A stretch of 63,537 nt of DNA, the filler included, from Choristocarpus tenellus KU-1152 (lineage: Eukaryota > Protista > Phaeophyceae), in NCBI GenBank assembly GCA_964200185.2. It is 13 parts of 13 records of this genome, joined end to end, with 100 filler letters (N's around TTAATTAATTAA, not from the genome) between each part and the next. Parts side by side here need not be neighbours in the genome. Positions count along the whole stretch, not along the records: positions 1 to 11,831 come from CAXNAD020002113.1; positions 11,932 to 18,160 come from CAXNAD020008630.1; 11 more parts are not named here. One strand, written 5' to 3'. Made by a program: the position numbers and the translations under genes. A model generated the notes under the pieces. The model did no database searches and was not told the origin of the DNA. It saw only the letters and a program-made list of their open reading frames with translations. Below are positions 1-13,520 of this stretch, piece by piece (the first letter of the stretch is position 1; the number at the start of each line of letters is the position of its first letter).

Positions 1-139
1 TCGCAAGCTAGAGACCTATTATCTGTAGGGTTTGTAGTACAAACAACAAGTTGGAAAGCAATGTAAAAAAAAAAAGCCAGCTCACCCTTCTTACCTTCCA
101 CTTGCCCTCCTCGTAGGCTTGGCCGAAGGATGTGTCTAT

Positions 140-396
140 GATTGAAAGTATCTTAGAGGGTACGAGTTTTGCCCTGTTTGTCCATTTGGGGCTTGACTTC
201 CCTCGGGATTTTTTATGACATTTTTCTACTCCAAAATATTTCGGAGTAGCTAAAATGTGTATGATATGAAAAGGTGTATCCGGAACAAGGATATTGACAC
301 TTTCTAACAAATATGATAAGCAAAATACATCGGAAGCGCAACATTGGATTTGGCCCCCAAATGGACGCGGCTCTACCCTCTAAGATACTTTGGCTC
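140..396. mobile_element. MITE family A copy (~260 bp; TIR GAGT(C/G)AAAGTATCTTAGAGGGTA)
   Basis: Inverted termini gattgaaagtatcttagagggta / taccctctaagatactttggctc; body matches 11 other copies in the window. Confidence 0.92.
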
Positions 397-530
397 ATTT
401 GGGACATAACCAGGAAAAGGGTACATAAATTATCAATCGAACGTATGCTACCAAATTACCCAAAAATCTCGACATGAAAACATTGACCCCAAATGGACAG
501 TCGCCACACCCCCCCCAGATACTTTGAGCC
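397..530. mobile_element. MITE family B (poly-G/C type), partial copy abutting a family A copy
   Basis: Ends ...ccccccccagatactttgagcc; body aligns with the complete copy at 58983-59168. Confidence 0.8.
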
Positions 531-658
531 CATACTATGTGCAATAGAGTGCAGCCACAACAAACCCTTGTTCATGATGGTGGGCAACTAAGCATACTAC
601 TGTAGTGATTTCGGTACATCTGCTAACGGTAGACATGACTTTGCTGCAACTGCCCTAC

Positions 659-3600
659 CTTCATCCAGTGAGAATCTTGCCCACTTTGGGCGCTTCCTAT
701 GTGTCTCTGATGGAAGTTGTGGTTGAGAAAACTCTAGATCTTGATCACTACATTGGCGGATATTGGTTTCAGTGTCAATTTTGTCAGAATTTGGCTTGGA
801 TGTTGACGCTCCAGCTTCCTCCTTTCTCTCAAGATCCGTCTTTTCTTTGTCGGTGTTCCTATCCTCAGAAGATGCAATAACAGCAGGGGTCGTTGATAAA
901 GCCCTTTTAGTTGATCTACTGTGAGCCTAGTCACAAATCGATTGGTTCATTTAAGGATGGTGATCTCAGGCTACAATACTTCGAGGATGCTATGTTGTAT
1001 CTTTTTGTCTGAAGAAACAGATCGCAGGAACCTCTATGAATAATTTGCACAGTATATCACTTGCACACTGCTGGGAAATTCAATACCCATCCAATCACAA
1101 GATCCATCTTGGATTGAACCCTGCTCCAGTCAGTCCTCAACAGTCTGAGAGCAGCAGTGGAATCGACCTCTTTCTGCATGGACTCCTCTCACAGCTCACC
1201 TGCCAGAAGACTGATTCGATTCCACAGCTGATGAGGCATCATTGCCATCAATTGCCTCTACCCCAATGTTACTGTCTTCCCCTGCTGGTGTTGAGGCTGT
1301 AGCATGTTCTACCTCAGAGCGCAATCGGAGTTTTAGCTGTCTTTCATGTGCACGTTGCTGTTGGAAGTGCTTCACTGCAGTCTGCCTCCTCTTCTTCGCC
1401 CCAAGAAGAAGGAGTTTGAGCTGCCACATGTTTTGTGTTAGGCATCAGAATAACCCCAGTTACATTTCTATGCTCTTGCTTTTGGAGAATGGACATGATG
1501 CTCTTCAGGTAGGGATTCCTCAACTCTACACTAAGAGGAATAGATACACCAGAAAAAATAAAACTGACCACCAAATATTGGTAGCTGTTGTGTGTGCGTT
1601 TGTTGCAATGTCTGACCTGTGTTCACACAACCCAAATCAACTTCAGCAGGTCAAAGTATTCTTTAAATGCAAGCAATGTGTGAGATGTAAATATGGTTGG
1701 TATATGCATACTACTCAGAGCAAAGAGGCATGTCCAGTCCCTGACCTTGCTGTATACTCAAGTTTCGTTCCTAAAATAATTCTAGGACTGCAGTTTTATA
1801 ATACAACATGAAGTGTACTGATAATGCCGAACAGATACCAATCCTTGATATTTTGAAGAGTTCCTCAATAGGGACGCACAGACCAGACGAAAACGAGAAG
1901 GACAGGCTTTCCATGTACATACTTGGACAAAACAACCCAATTGATCTAAAATTACTATGAGAGCAGGCACGGAGCACCTTATCTTTGTTCAACAGGCTTC
2001 ATTCAACAGGGAAAGTACCAAAGGTGCGATTAGGCCTCCCCTGTACCACATTGCCTATTTGATTGCTTATGATGTGTAGACATTGAAGGAGCCCAAAAAT
2101 TGTGGGTTAGGATTACTGTGGTGTTTGTATGCAACTTCCTAAACAATGTTTGGAATCACAAGGACTATCAGAATGCATCCAAGTATGGTTCCAACAATTG
2201 GTCTCCACCAATTGCAGTTTTGTGTTCAGTGCCAGGAACTCATTGCGACTCTAATATCACTGTTGACAACCTATGGAATGTGTTTCCTTATTGTTAAACT
2301 CGCTGCCTCCAGGCTTCAGCTAGAGCTACCAAGTTCTGTTGTAGTATGGTTTTCTACACTCCCAATAATCTCAATGTTCTTTACGCCCAATGGAGGAAGT
2401 GTGTTTCTTTTGGTGCAATGTCAACTTGCTTCTCCATCAGCTTGAAATTCAAGTGGTACACTGAAATACATATCCTACCTAGGATCAAGAATATCACTCT
2501 CCTAACACTATTTTAGCTTGGTAAGTGGACTATCAAAGTTTCAACAACAAATATTCTCGCCTGACGATCAATCATGCTTAGATTTTTGTGTAGAGCGGAC
2601 ACAATGCAATCTTCACCTCAATATGCTGAGCTAAAAAGAGCAAGAACAAGTCTTGCACATACCTCAAACAAATATTGCAAGGGTTCTGGCATTGACAATG
2701 CTACTTTGATACCAACATGTTGCACGAAATTGTACTCCAGAACATTTCAGTGTTCCAAAGTCTCACCAATACCCCCCCGCATACGCACCTCGTCTTTCTC
2801 ACTCCCAGGTAGTCTGATTCCCATGAAATTGTCAGTTGAGCAGTCGCCCAATGCTCTACCCTGTGATTCTCCAGTACTCCCAGTGGGGTAAGGTTCCTCT
2901 TCTTCAACCTCCTGTAAAGCGTCTATTTTACGTGCATCATCTGCTCGCACCAGTCCAACCCCATTCTTTAAGCTCCTTAATACTTCTTTTGTTGATGGTG
3001 AAGGATCTAGTCTAGCCATGCCTTGCCAGCTGGTAGTATCTTCCCAGTGCTTCATACCCCTATCCTTTCTGCCCTTAATAATCACTAATGGTTCCTGCTC
3101 AGATGTGTCCGAGGGAGTCCTTTTTTGGGCACGTCTTTATATTCATAACTAGTTTTTCAAACTAGAAATATACATAGTATTTCACAGGTGCGTCATCACT
3201 CAGGAATTTCAAAACTTGATCGAACCTTGCTTTTCCAACCACATCCTGTCAGTGACAAACATTCTCTTCAATCGGAATGATTTGAACCATGGTTTAGTAT
3301 TGATCACAGAATTTGCACCTTCCTACAAACACCCACAGTAAAGCTATTTTCCAGAATACTTTTTTTCCGTATCTGCTAGGTTCCATTGCTTCTGTGACTC
3401 AAATGTATAACTCCAGCATTTCCCACCAGTTCAATGAGGGTGCGACTCTTTTGCACCCCAGCTCTTGAGTCAAAGAGAGAGAATTCTCACATCCGTAATA
3501 AATGAAGCTCAACATATGCTTGGTCCCTTTCAAATGATACACTTTACTTATCAATATCGCTCCGGTATTGCATCTGATCAGACTGATACAGAGAATTAGC

Positions 3601-6600
3601 CATCTATACCAACAGATATCAACCCCTCCAAGCGAGTTTTGAGTCAGCAGTCTGAAAAATTGCAATGTGCATGGACTTTCACCAACTAGGAGTGGTCATC
3701 CACGTTGTATGGACAATGATATAAATCAATGGCATTAGGCAACAACTTCAGTAATGTCAGGTGAGAATACCCCAAAGCCTTCTACTATGGCATGATGTCA
3801 TCGTGTGGCAGCAGACAGTATGGTCAAATATCGCCCCCCTCTCACCCTTCTGTCCCAAAGTTGTTTTTTCCTCTTAGCCATAGTCTTATCAGAGGCAGCA
3901 GCAGCCTTGCCTCCGTTGCTACCGTGTAATTGTATGTCTTTGTTGCAGTCCTAGGCTATGCCAAAGCGAGGAGATGGATGAGGTAGCACAGGACACACAT
4001 GTATCAGCACCTACAAAGTTTCAACCTTGTTTTTCTCCATGAAACTGTTGATGATATTGCTATGCATTAAGCAAGGAAAGGTTTCAAATGTGGTTGGGTC
4101 TGTGGAAAGCGTAAGCAATAGTAGTAGTGCCATACAATGGATGGGGAGTTGATAATCACTACTTAGGTGTGGTTCTTTCTCATTTAATAAAAAAATATCT
4201 GTACTTGAGTCAATATGCTGGCAACAGTTCACCAATCACATTGGTAAGTCAAGGACTCTGTATGCTCATCTAGTAATTTCTTCCTACTCCCCAGCATTCC
4301 CTTCTTAGTATGTTCGACCTTATCACTCATTTACTTCTCCCCTATGGGCCTAACTTCCCACCTCTCATTTACTTGTCCCCCACCCCCCCACTCCTACATT
4401 CACAAACCTCCCACCTGTAGCAACTCTTTGAAGGTCAATTGGTGTTTCTTCAAGACTTTTGCAGTAGTCGCAATATTGTGACCCTCAGTCTTGACAGGCC
4501 TGCTCATGGGCTGGATTTTAACATGGTCTTCGGAGTCCTCAACACCTTGGGAAGTTTCCACTGGTTGGGAAGCTTGGCTAAGCTTCTGTAACTGACCTTC
4601 CTCGTCACATGGAGGTGGTACTTCCCCCTGCTTCCTCCCTCCATGCCCAGGTTCTGTGGTCACCTGTCGGGGACTCATTCGCCCTTGCAGCTTCTTCCTT
4701 GGAGCTGCCCTTTTCCTGTCACTCCCACTTGTCCCTTTCTTGCCTACCTTGCTCAGATGGGGTCTACCCTGTGATATTGCACTCCCTTCAGATCCAGAAG
4801 CAAGTGGTGCATTCCCCCCCCTAACAACACCCTCATCCCCACTCTTACGTCCAACCACACAACTATTTACAGTAGTGTTTGTGCGATTTTTACTGATCAT
4901 CCTATCACCTCCACTTCCTCCACTCTTCCCTATTGAGACAGAGAATCCCTTGGGATACGTAAGAGAGGTTGTCCCCCGTCGGTCCCCAGTCTTTACCTCT
5001 TTGTTACTTATCTTTCTTCTACTATTGCTATTACTACCTTTCATACAATCCTTCTTTCCCTCAAGGGAGGATGATTTCCTCTCTGTCATTTGGGAGATAG
5101 AATCACTTTCCATACTTTTCCATTTGCTTCCCTTCCCATTACTGCCTACCGTCAATGACTGGCTAGAGCCCTTACTATTGCTACTATACTGTCTCTTGCT
5201 TGTGCCACTGCCCGGGTTACTGTCATTTTTCAGCCCTCTTCTTTTCTCCCCCCCGCTATTAAGTGTAGGTAGGGCTGCGGATTTTCCTTTAAGTGTTGAC
5301 CCTTTGACCTTCTTCCTTCGTCTGGGATTATGGGACATCCCAGCTTTTTCAGGACAGCTACCATGTTCAGCTACTGAGTCATGTCCGATCAGACCTTGTG
5401 CACCATCCAAGGTTGGAAATAAGGTGTTGTTTAAGACTGCCAGAGTTGCAGATAGTTGGGGCTCTTTGGAAGCTTCAGGTTCTACGCCCAAGCTTTCTGA
5501 GGTCACACCCTCAGCTTCCGCGGGCCCATTAAATACACCCAAGGGAGATTCCTTCTTGGTGTCTGTGGTCGAGCTTCTGCAGCTGGTACAAATGTCCACC
5601 TTTTCTTCAACTTGAAGTATATGGTTGACATCAGATGTTCCATCAACTCTAACTTTAGGATCGGGTTGTTCCTCTTCAATTCCTTTTGACTCCATTGCCA
5701 ATACATCATGGATGGGCCCACTTGATCCTAATCCTAGAATCGCAGCTGGCTCAGGTATTGGGGAAGATATTTCCAAGCTTGTCCCTGATGATGTATACAA
5801 CCCATCACTCAAAACTGTTCCTGACCCACCTCCTGCTTCACGCAAGTATCTTGCAGACTCAAAGTCATGTTCATCAGTTGATTCATGCGATAAATCACAA
5901 TCAGGGTAAAACTCTTGCTTCAAGGTTTTGTTTGATTCCCCAACTGACCCTAATGTAATACCTGAAATGGACTCCTCAGAGCAAAGGGAGGATGTTGTGG
6001 AGTCGAAATTTCTATCTGAAAATAACCTCGAATCAGAGGATCCCTGTTGGATAGATGAAGGATAAGACTTGGTTGGAGGGTTGACTATAATGTTGCTTGT
6101 AAAGCTAGGTCCTCTAGCACTGTCCAAAGAAAGGGGGCTACTACACATTTGTAGTTCACTGATTAAGGACATTTGCTCCTCAGAGGCAGAGAAGTTCCTA
6201 GCAGTGGCAATGACCATGGGGTCTCTGGAGGACCTTGTACGGAATTTAGATTCATTGTTGGCTATATCCTCGGACTGGGTCATCTTGTCTGATTTAGGTT
6301 TACTATGTTGCACTGGGCTCTTGTTCTCCCCCCTTAGCTTCCATTGCCCTACCCCAGTGTGTCTGCAATGCTCCTCCGGCACAGTTGTGAAGTATTGACT
6401 ACACCCATTGCGAATAGGTTTCCCATCACACATGTTGAGTTCATGCCAAACTTGCTGCCTTCTATTGTCAATCTCAAGGGCTTCAGCTTTGCTCCTCTTC
6501 CTTGATCCTATATTTCTGCGTGCTTTAGTAAGTTGTGTAAAGTCCACTCCTTGACCCATGACTCCTAACCCTGCCTTGTGCTCTGATCCAACTTTTGCTC

Positions 6601-9600
6601 CATTGCACTTCTCAAACAAAGCAGGGCAACTGGTTGGTGAGTGACCTCTCTTGAATATCGTGGATGATGTGCTTCCCTTCGCCAGTCCAGGTGATCTCTT
6701 GCCAACAAAATTATGGATATTGTCTAGACATGATGCTCTACTGCGGTGGACAAGCTTGAGACTGCTGCTTCCCCCTATGTGATCGCCCTGACTATTAACC
6801 CTATTCTGTATAGCTACATCCAATCCTGGAGAGGAATTGGAGTCCGCATGGTGTGCTTTAGAGTCCATGTTATGGAGCATGGCTCGAAGAACATTGACAA
6901 TGTCCACTTCATTACGAAGACCAAACATGCTAGGGCCCTTCCCCAATCCTATTGGCTTAGTCTCCTTTGATGTGGAACCTGCAATAGTAACACAACCTCC
7001 TAGAACTGAGGACCCTTTGTGGTTAGATCTGTCATGGTCTTCAGGCAGCACAGTTTCTACTGGCAGGTCTCCTGTTTCCTGAGCATGTAGCACACCAGCA
7101 AAATTGGACGAGGTTTCTGACATGTCAAGGCCAGCAACACTATTGCTGGTAATTTCTGTTGCCCATTTCCGTGCCCCCTTGACCTCGTGCTCTCCTCCTT
7201 TCAATCCACCTTCGCACACCATTTCCTGATCTTTGCAACCATCCGCAACATTACATACCACTTGCCTCTCACCTAACGTATTGCAAAGACTGTCTATGTT
7301 CTCCTCCCAATGCATGGTTTCCTCCTCCCTCACTAATGAAGAACCCATCAACGACTTGGAGGGGTGGGAGAAGTCCGTTTTCCCCTTCTTGGCTGGTGTG
7401 AGGGAAAGAAAAGGTCTAGAGCCAGTCGGTGATCCCCCCCTGCCAGATAGCACATGATATAAATTTGGTTCGATGCGAGGACCAAAGTACCTGGAAGTTG
7501 TCTGTCGATTTGATCTGCTTGCCTCTCTTCTAGTCCCACTTCCAATCCTCCTATCAGATGGATATCCTTGCCCAGAGACTCCATCTCTGCGTAGTATTTC
7601 AACTTCATGCAAGGCCAGGCGTTCTGTTGTTGAGATTGGGCGACTCAGGAAGTGATTCCAAATCAGTTCTCGGTCCACCAATTGCATCTCATCCACTTTC
7701 AGTCCTACAAGACCTTCAGGGTAATCAACGCCTGCCACTGCTCCTTCGGGTCTATACCACCGAGCAGCCCTCACCTGTGCATGGGAGAACGAACATATAT
7801 GAGCCAAAGTATCTTAGAGGGTAGGGCCGCGTCCATTTGGGGACCAAAATCCAATGTTGCGATTTTGATGTTATTTTGGTTGTCAGGTTTGTTTGGAAGT
7901 GTCAATATCCTTGTTCCAGACACACCTTTTCATATTGTATACATTTTGCCTACTGCGAAACTTCTGGAGTAGGAAAATGTCATAAAAAAAACTCGTGGGA
8001 AGCCAAGCCCCGAATGGACAAACAGGGCAAAATTCGTACCCTCTAAGATACTTTCACTCTATATCAGACTTGGGTGCTGCATGGATTCAAATGGCAATTC
8101 GAAGAGTCACATCTACTAGTAGCTTGCGCCTTTTGCATACACTTTTTAGATGTGCAACTACAGCAACCCCCCAAAAAGTTGCTTTTCCTGGGTAGGTAGG
8201 TAGGTAGGTAGGTAGATAGGTGGGTAGAAAGGTAGCTGGCGTGGTAATGCCACGGTTGCGACCTAAATCACCCAACTGGGAGATGTATGATCTATTCAAA
8301 AATCTACAGGTGGTGGAACCATTCCCAAACTCTTCAAATATCTATTGGTTTAAGCAAACGTATGTATGATATAAAATTTAAACTGACCACCACTTCTTGT
8401 TTAGAAAAAAACGCTAGTATCTTCTTCACATCACAACTTGCACTAAAGGATATCTGGATGGTGCTTCCACGCTGAACTACTAGTGTATCTTCAAGAGGGA
8501 AGTGTATGTCCGGGATTGATGTTATATAGAGAAGAGGATAATTGAACTTCGGGTTGCTTTTTTAGTATCAAGCATAGTACTGTAATCGAACTCCTTAGCA
8601 TACTGTTGGGCTTAATGTTGGGGTTTGCACTAATTCAAAATGGGCGTATCTGATCCTTCCCCATCACTGTTAGTCCTGACTCAACACTTGTCCCCACCTC
8701 AAAGTAGGGTCCAATTTTCTTGCAGGCATCTAACAAGGCAGATGAGGTGTAAAGCTCTGCAGAGGTCTTGGGACGTGCCTGGTCAAAGCAGACAAATCAT
8801 TTGGGCTCCTTCTTTCATTGCATAAGCAAAGCAGACAAGTTTTGGTCAACTAATCAACTTAACATTTCACATTGCATAAGCTTGGTCTTGTCAAACCCAT
8901 GATTATCTTAGTGTATTAGATGGGATATGCTTATATAAACGTTGAGATAAACAGAGCAAGTAGCTTAGTAAGAATATACGACAAATTGGAATTGAGGTGC
9001 TGTATCCTTTGTTGCCTACTCTGCACGCCCTTGGATAAGGCTTATATATCCCAAATATGTAGTGTGTCACATAAGATACGCATCACTATGCTCCCACCTG
9101 CATTAGGCTCTTAACAAGTCCATTCCTCCCCGTGCCTGGGGTGGACATCCTCAAACCTTGCCTGCTTGGTCCTCTTCTAGCCCCAACATCCGCTGCAAAT
9201 CTCACCAACTCCTCCACCCCGATATCATTGGGTGACCACAGAATTGCCGGCTTTTCCCCATACAACGCCCGTGCCGATGAATCTACCAGATCCTCCCTAG
9301 GACCACATGACAAAGGGTCTCCTCCTTGACCATCATGGACACCCCATACTCGTTCCATGGAATTCTCACCTCCTGCTACCAGCTGCTCGTTTCCCCGCTC
9401 TTGCCCACTTTGAATGGCCATCTCAGGCTTAGCATCATGTGCTGCAAATTCTCGACTTGCATTGGACCAAACCTCGTCGAGGGTAGGATTAGACAAGTTT
9501 TTACCATCAGCACTTGCTGAGCCTTCATGGTCTTCCGGTCGCATGTTGTTGTCCTCGTTAGTGTGACTCCCAGGTTCAATGACTGCCACCGTTGCCTTGT

Positions 9601-11488
9601 TACCATTATTCTGGAGGTTCTCCTCAATTTCATCCCTAACCAAACATGGCCTGGCTCTTTTCTCGTCACCAACAAATGCAAAGTTGAACCCTTTCAGTCC
9701 AGCAAGGCCTCGGTATAGGTCACCTATTCGATCCCCTTCTCCTTTCACCATGGGAGCCCCGGTTAGGGGTCGGAGTCCATCTGGTCGTACCCCTGCATGG
9801 AGGATTCCATGGGCCGCTATTGCCACCATGTCATCAACAGTACTGAAATCTGACCTGAGCCCAGTCGCACTATTTCTGGAGCCATTTTCCCCCTTGACAC
9901 TTGCCTTCCTGCCCCACCCTTCACGCCACCTTTGTGGACCGCATTCATCATACAGCAGGGAAAGCAGTGAGGGCTGCAACTCTTGGGTGAGATTGGAAAG
10001 AAACTCTCCATCACCCACCTCCTCATCCTCATCCTCCCCATCGATGGTCTCTGCAAAGCTGACACGGCGAAATGAATACAATGGGGGTGGCTCCTGCGCA
10101 GGAACAGGTTCCAAATCAGTTGTGTCTGACCTGGGAGGGGTTGAACCTCTTCCATTTTCGGTGTCTGCCCATGATGAGTGCCGTTGAGTGTGCTGGAACA
10201 TACCAATCAGGTTGACAGACAATAGCATGCAATATCAGACCATGGGAGGTAGCCCAGGAGGTAGGTGTGAGGTCGGAGTCTAATGGGCAAGCCAGGCCAT
10301 GGGTGTTTGCAACAAGCACTGCAGTGGCTATCGAAAGAGGACAAAGAGACAACAACTGTAGCCTTTTCGAGTACTCTGGAATGTTGGAAGCGGTACACTG
10401 TTTGAAGCAAAAAACTAGCACCTTCAAGGATACTACTAGAGTAAACTTGAGCCCTTCATTTGTGACCAATCTTCAATCTGTGACAAATTTGTGAAGCACA
10501 ACCCTGTATAGCATTGGAGAAATCTACAGAGGGGAAGCCAGAGAGGAGGGTGCCCAGATGCCACGAAACATCAAGCATGTTGCCTACATACTTGTGAGCT
10601 GTGCATCGGTCTTGTACAGCCAATTTTCACCAGTCGCTTTGGACAACATTCGCGAAATAACACTATAGAGTGGACGAGGGTCGGAGTAGTAGGTGGGGAT
10701 ACGCTCCATAACATTGTATTGCTTCTATAATCTTTCCTGTCTACTAACAAATTCCAAAATATCTTGGGTACACCTGTCAGTCAGGTGCTGCTACGCAACA
10801 CAGTGCAAGCCTTCTTAGGCCTTAGTATGAGAGTTGGAGACACTTGGTCGCCATTATGCACTTCAAAAAAAAAGTGAGAAATGGAATACTCTCCTTCATG
10901 CCAAAATCTCTAAATTTCTTTCTCTTCTTGTTTTGTCATTCTGGTTCTTATTTTCCTCTGACGGACAAGGGAAACGCCTCTCGTTCCTATAATCGAAAGC
11001 ACATATATACCAGCAAGTGGATGATCTCTCACTTGTTAATGGCATTCAAAGCGTTCACTAAACGCACTTTGTTTCATGGTTTGGAGTGTGAAACAGGTAA
11101 TTTCCCGGATGCACACCGTCGAATTTCACTTCTGATTTTTGCAGGTGCAATCTTCGAATTGAGTATGTTAGACCGGTGAATATATATACACAGACAACTT
11201 CAAACCTAACAGTTTTTTTTTTTTCCATTCACTTTTTTTTTAGAAATAAGAAACCTTCCCTTTTTCTTTGTCTTACGGAGGATGATAGGATTTCTAACAC
11301 TCCAAGTCAGAAACAGTATGTTGCATATTTGCCCATGTATAAATGATTCCACACACCTTCCCCTCGCCAGGTTTTCCTATCCATGGGGAGAGAGTTGCTT
11401 CTGCACGGATTGGTTTGGAGGACCCAGAGCATGACCGTGACTGGGGAGCATCTCCAGAGTCTACAATTGCTTCCCAGAAGTCAGCCAT
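659..11488 (-). CDS. Large multi-exon, Ser/Gly/Lys-rich hypothetical protein (3' end not visible); proposed exons 11488-11357, 10192-9188, 7774-4415, 3955-3846, 3134-2789, 1420-1200, 918-659
   Basis: ORFs of 1135 aa and 380 aa are bounded by AG/GT sites whose phases join in frame (GEGK|HTQR, FAAD|VRAA, ELLQ|PRTA, GTEG|RAQK, EKDE|LKLL). The start codon, the 9188 donor, the 3134 acceptor and the small 3' exons are less certain. No confident family match. Confidence 0.65.
7801..8059. mobile_element. MITE family A copy, TSD TAT, intronic, ~25 bp from a splice acceptor
   Basis: tat|gagccaaagtatcttagagggta ... taccctctaagatactttcactc|tat. Confidence 0.93.
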
Positions 11489-11664
11489 CGTGTCGAGTGA
11501 ATGTTCTCGATGATAGGCATTCTTTGCCATATTCACTTCTCCATTATATACTTCGGACCTGAGGGTGATTAAGAGGTAGGGTAAGATCATTAGACGTTAT
11601 CATTCTTACAGCTTTATCAAAGCATATACGAGAGAGAACAGAAGCATTGTAATTCAAAGCATTA

Positions 11665-11831
11665 GGGCCAAATTATCTTAGAGGGTAGAGCCGTGTCCAT
11701 TTGGGGGTCAAAATTCAATGTTGCGATTTTGATGTAGTTTTGGCTATTGTGTTTGTTAGGAAGTGTCAATATCTATATTACGGACACACCTTTTCATAAC
11801 TTACACATTTTACCTACTCCTAAACATTTTG
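11665..11831. mobile_element. MITE family A copy, truncated by contig end
   Basis: Starts gggccaaattatcttagagggtagag; body matches the family. Confidence 0.88.
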
Positions 11832-11931
11832 NNNNNNNNNNNNNNNNNNNNNNNNNNNNNNNNNNNNNNNNNNNNTTAATTAATTAANNNNNNNNNNNNN
11901 NNNNNNNNNNNNNNNNNNNNNNNNNNNNNNN
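11832..11931. other. Artificial contig linker (N44-TTAATTAATTAA-N44); also at 18161-18260, 21142-21241, 24053-24152, 30635-30734, 36312-36411, 41841-41940, 46317-46416, 49830-49929, 52852-52951, 55680-55779, 60536-60635
   Basis: The same 100-bp spacer occurs 12 times; TTAATTAATTAA gives stop codons in all six frames, a standard concatenation device. Confidence 0.98.
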
Positions 11932-12596
11932 TCGCACTGGTTGGTCATCAAATGGGGAATAGAGGATTGAGGAATAAGAAAATAGGAATGTGCAAAATAA
12001 TAATAATAATCCAGAATTCGTGAGGAAAAAAATAAATATATATATGTATGTATATATATATATGATCGAGCAAAACATACACCCAGTGTCGATTATTTCT
12101 TTAATAGAACTTTGGTGCATTTTTTGCACATAGAAATTCGCAAATTCATCCTATTGTCTACATTCATGTGAGGGAGCAATAAAAAACGTCTAGATGTTAC
12201 AGTGCCGAGCCAAACCTACATGCTTGGGATGATGTGAGCTATCAATGCTCAATAACGCCGACTGTAAGCACGCTGGTGATCAAGTCACACTACTCCTATA
12301 GCATTTAGTTTATAACCTTTAGACTGGGCACCATTGTAGAATACGGGGAGTTGAATGCGACAGAATTTTAGCAAGACAATTCTACTGTAAACGAGTAATA
12401 TATAAAAAGAGTTCACAATGTACTAATTCCTACACCCTAAGTTCATTGAGGCCTTTGTGAAACCACCACATTAAACCATCTCCTTCAACTCATACTTAAC
12501 TGTATGATATTATACCAACATAAACAGATCTTGCTTCAGCAATATTCAACAACAGTTACCACATATGTAGTACGTGTAGCAGTATATATATATATC

Positions 12597-13520
12597 TTAT
12601 TATTATTATTATTATTCCCTCTCACATTTTCCAGGTGTGTGGAGTGAAATAACAATGAAAACTATTCTCATGTCAGAGTAACCCCTAAAATAATAACAGG
12701 TGTCATAAATGTGAAAGACATCATGTTACAGGCGAATAGCGCGAGTACTTCTTCCTGCCCTCTAACAAGCGCAAGCAGTATACACGCGTGGGGGACCTTA
12801 TAAAGGGGAAAAATCGAATTTGCTAAAAGTTGCAGAGTAAGATCTGTAACGCAGATGTATCCCAACATCTATAAACCAGAACAAATAAATGGTAGATGAT
12901 AAAAAAATAATAAGAGTGGTACATGAAAAATGCCCCGCCTCTTCACTTTTCTTGACTTTGATACCATGATATACGGTTATTGATTGAGAAAAGCACCTTG
13001 TTCTGCTGACCTGATGTTCGTTAACCTCGTTGGACCTGTTGACTGTCGGAGTATCCTGGGAGGCTTGTACGAGCATCAGCGTCATCTCTATAGGTCTGTG
13101 GATTGGAGCTAAACATCCTGTGGAGGTAAGCTTTGGAGCGTGCTTTAACAATTTATTCACTATTTTACTACCAGCTATGCTACACTGCTCCCTTCCTGTG
13201 CTTCTAACATAGCTTAGTCCTGCACCTCAGGGTGAGGGGCTAGGGAAGCATCTCACCAATCTAACAAACCCCTCCTTGCCCATCTCCCTGGTGTCTCCAC
13301 CTTGAAACACATGACCCATCTGGATAGGGCTATTTGCTTTGTGACATAAACTATCTGTCGTAGGCGGGATTTGACAGCTCCTTTTCTGTCGTAGCCTCCT
13401 TTCCCTCTCTCCCCTGCTGCGTGCGTAGCTAATTCACCCAGAAAACTTTCTGCTTGCTTACTAAGGCGCCAAAAAAAATCCACCGCGAAGGTGTTGAGGT
13501 TATAGCTAGCAGGGTTATAT
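12597..13520 (-). mobile_element. 3' fragment of a CRE-like (RLE) non-LTR retrotransposon with (TAA)n tail, interrupted by an LTR-like insert
   Basis: Peptide SYNLNTFAVDFFWRLSKQAESFLGELATH...GAVKSRLRQIV closely matches the 58463-58909 ORF; shared 3' UTR ends GAGGGA(ATA)n. Confidence 0.75.
12724..13150 (-). mobile_element. Solo-LTR-like element (TGTTACAG...CTGTAACA family)
   Basis: Carries the family's conserved ends (aagcttacctccacaggatgt; gaagaagtactcgcgctattcgcctgtaaca). Confidence 0.7.

Noticed and set aside
4656-5615. 319-aa Leu/Pro/Phe-rich plus-strand ORF as a membrane protein (likewise 9579-10187 and 26679-27146)
   Set aside because: These are antisense shadows of real minus-strand exons.
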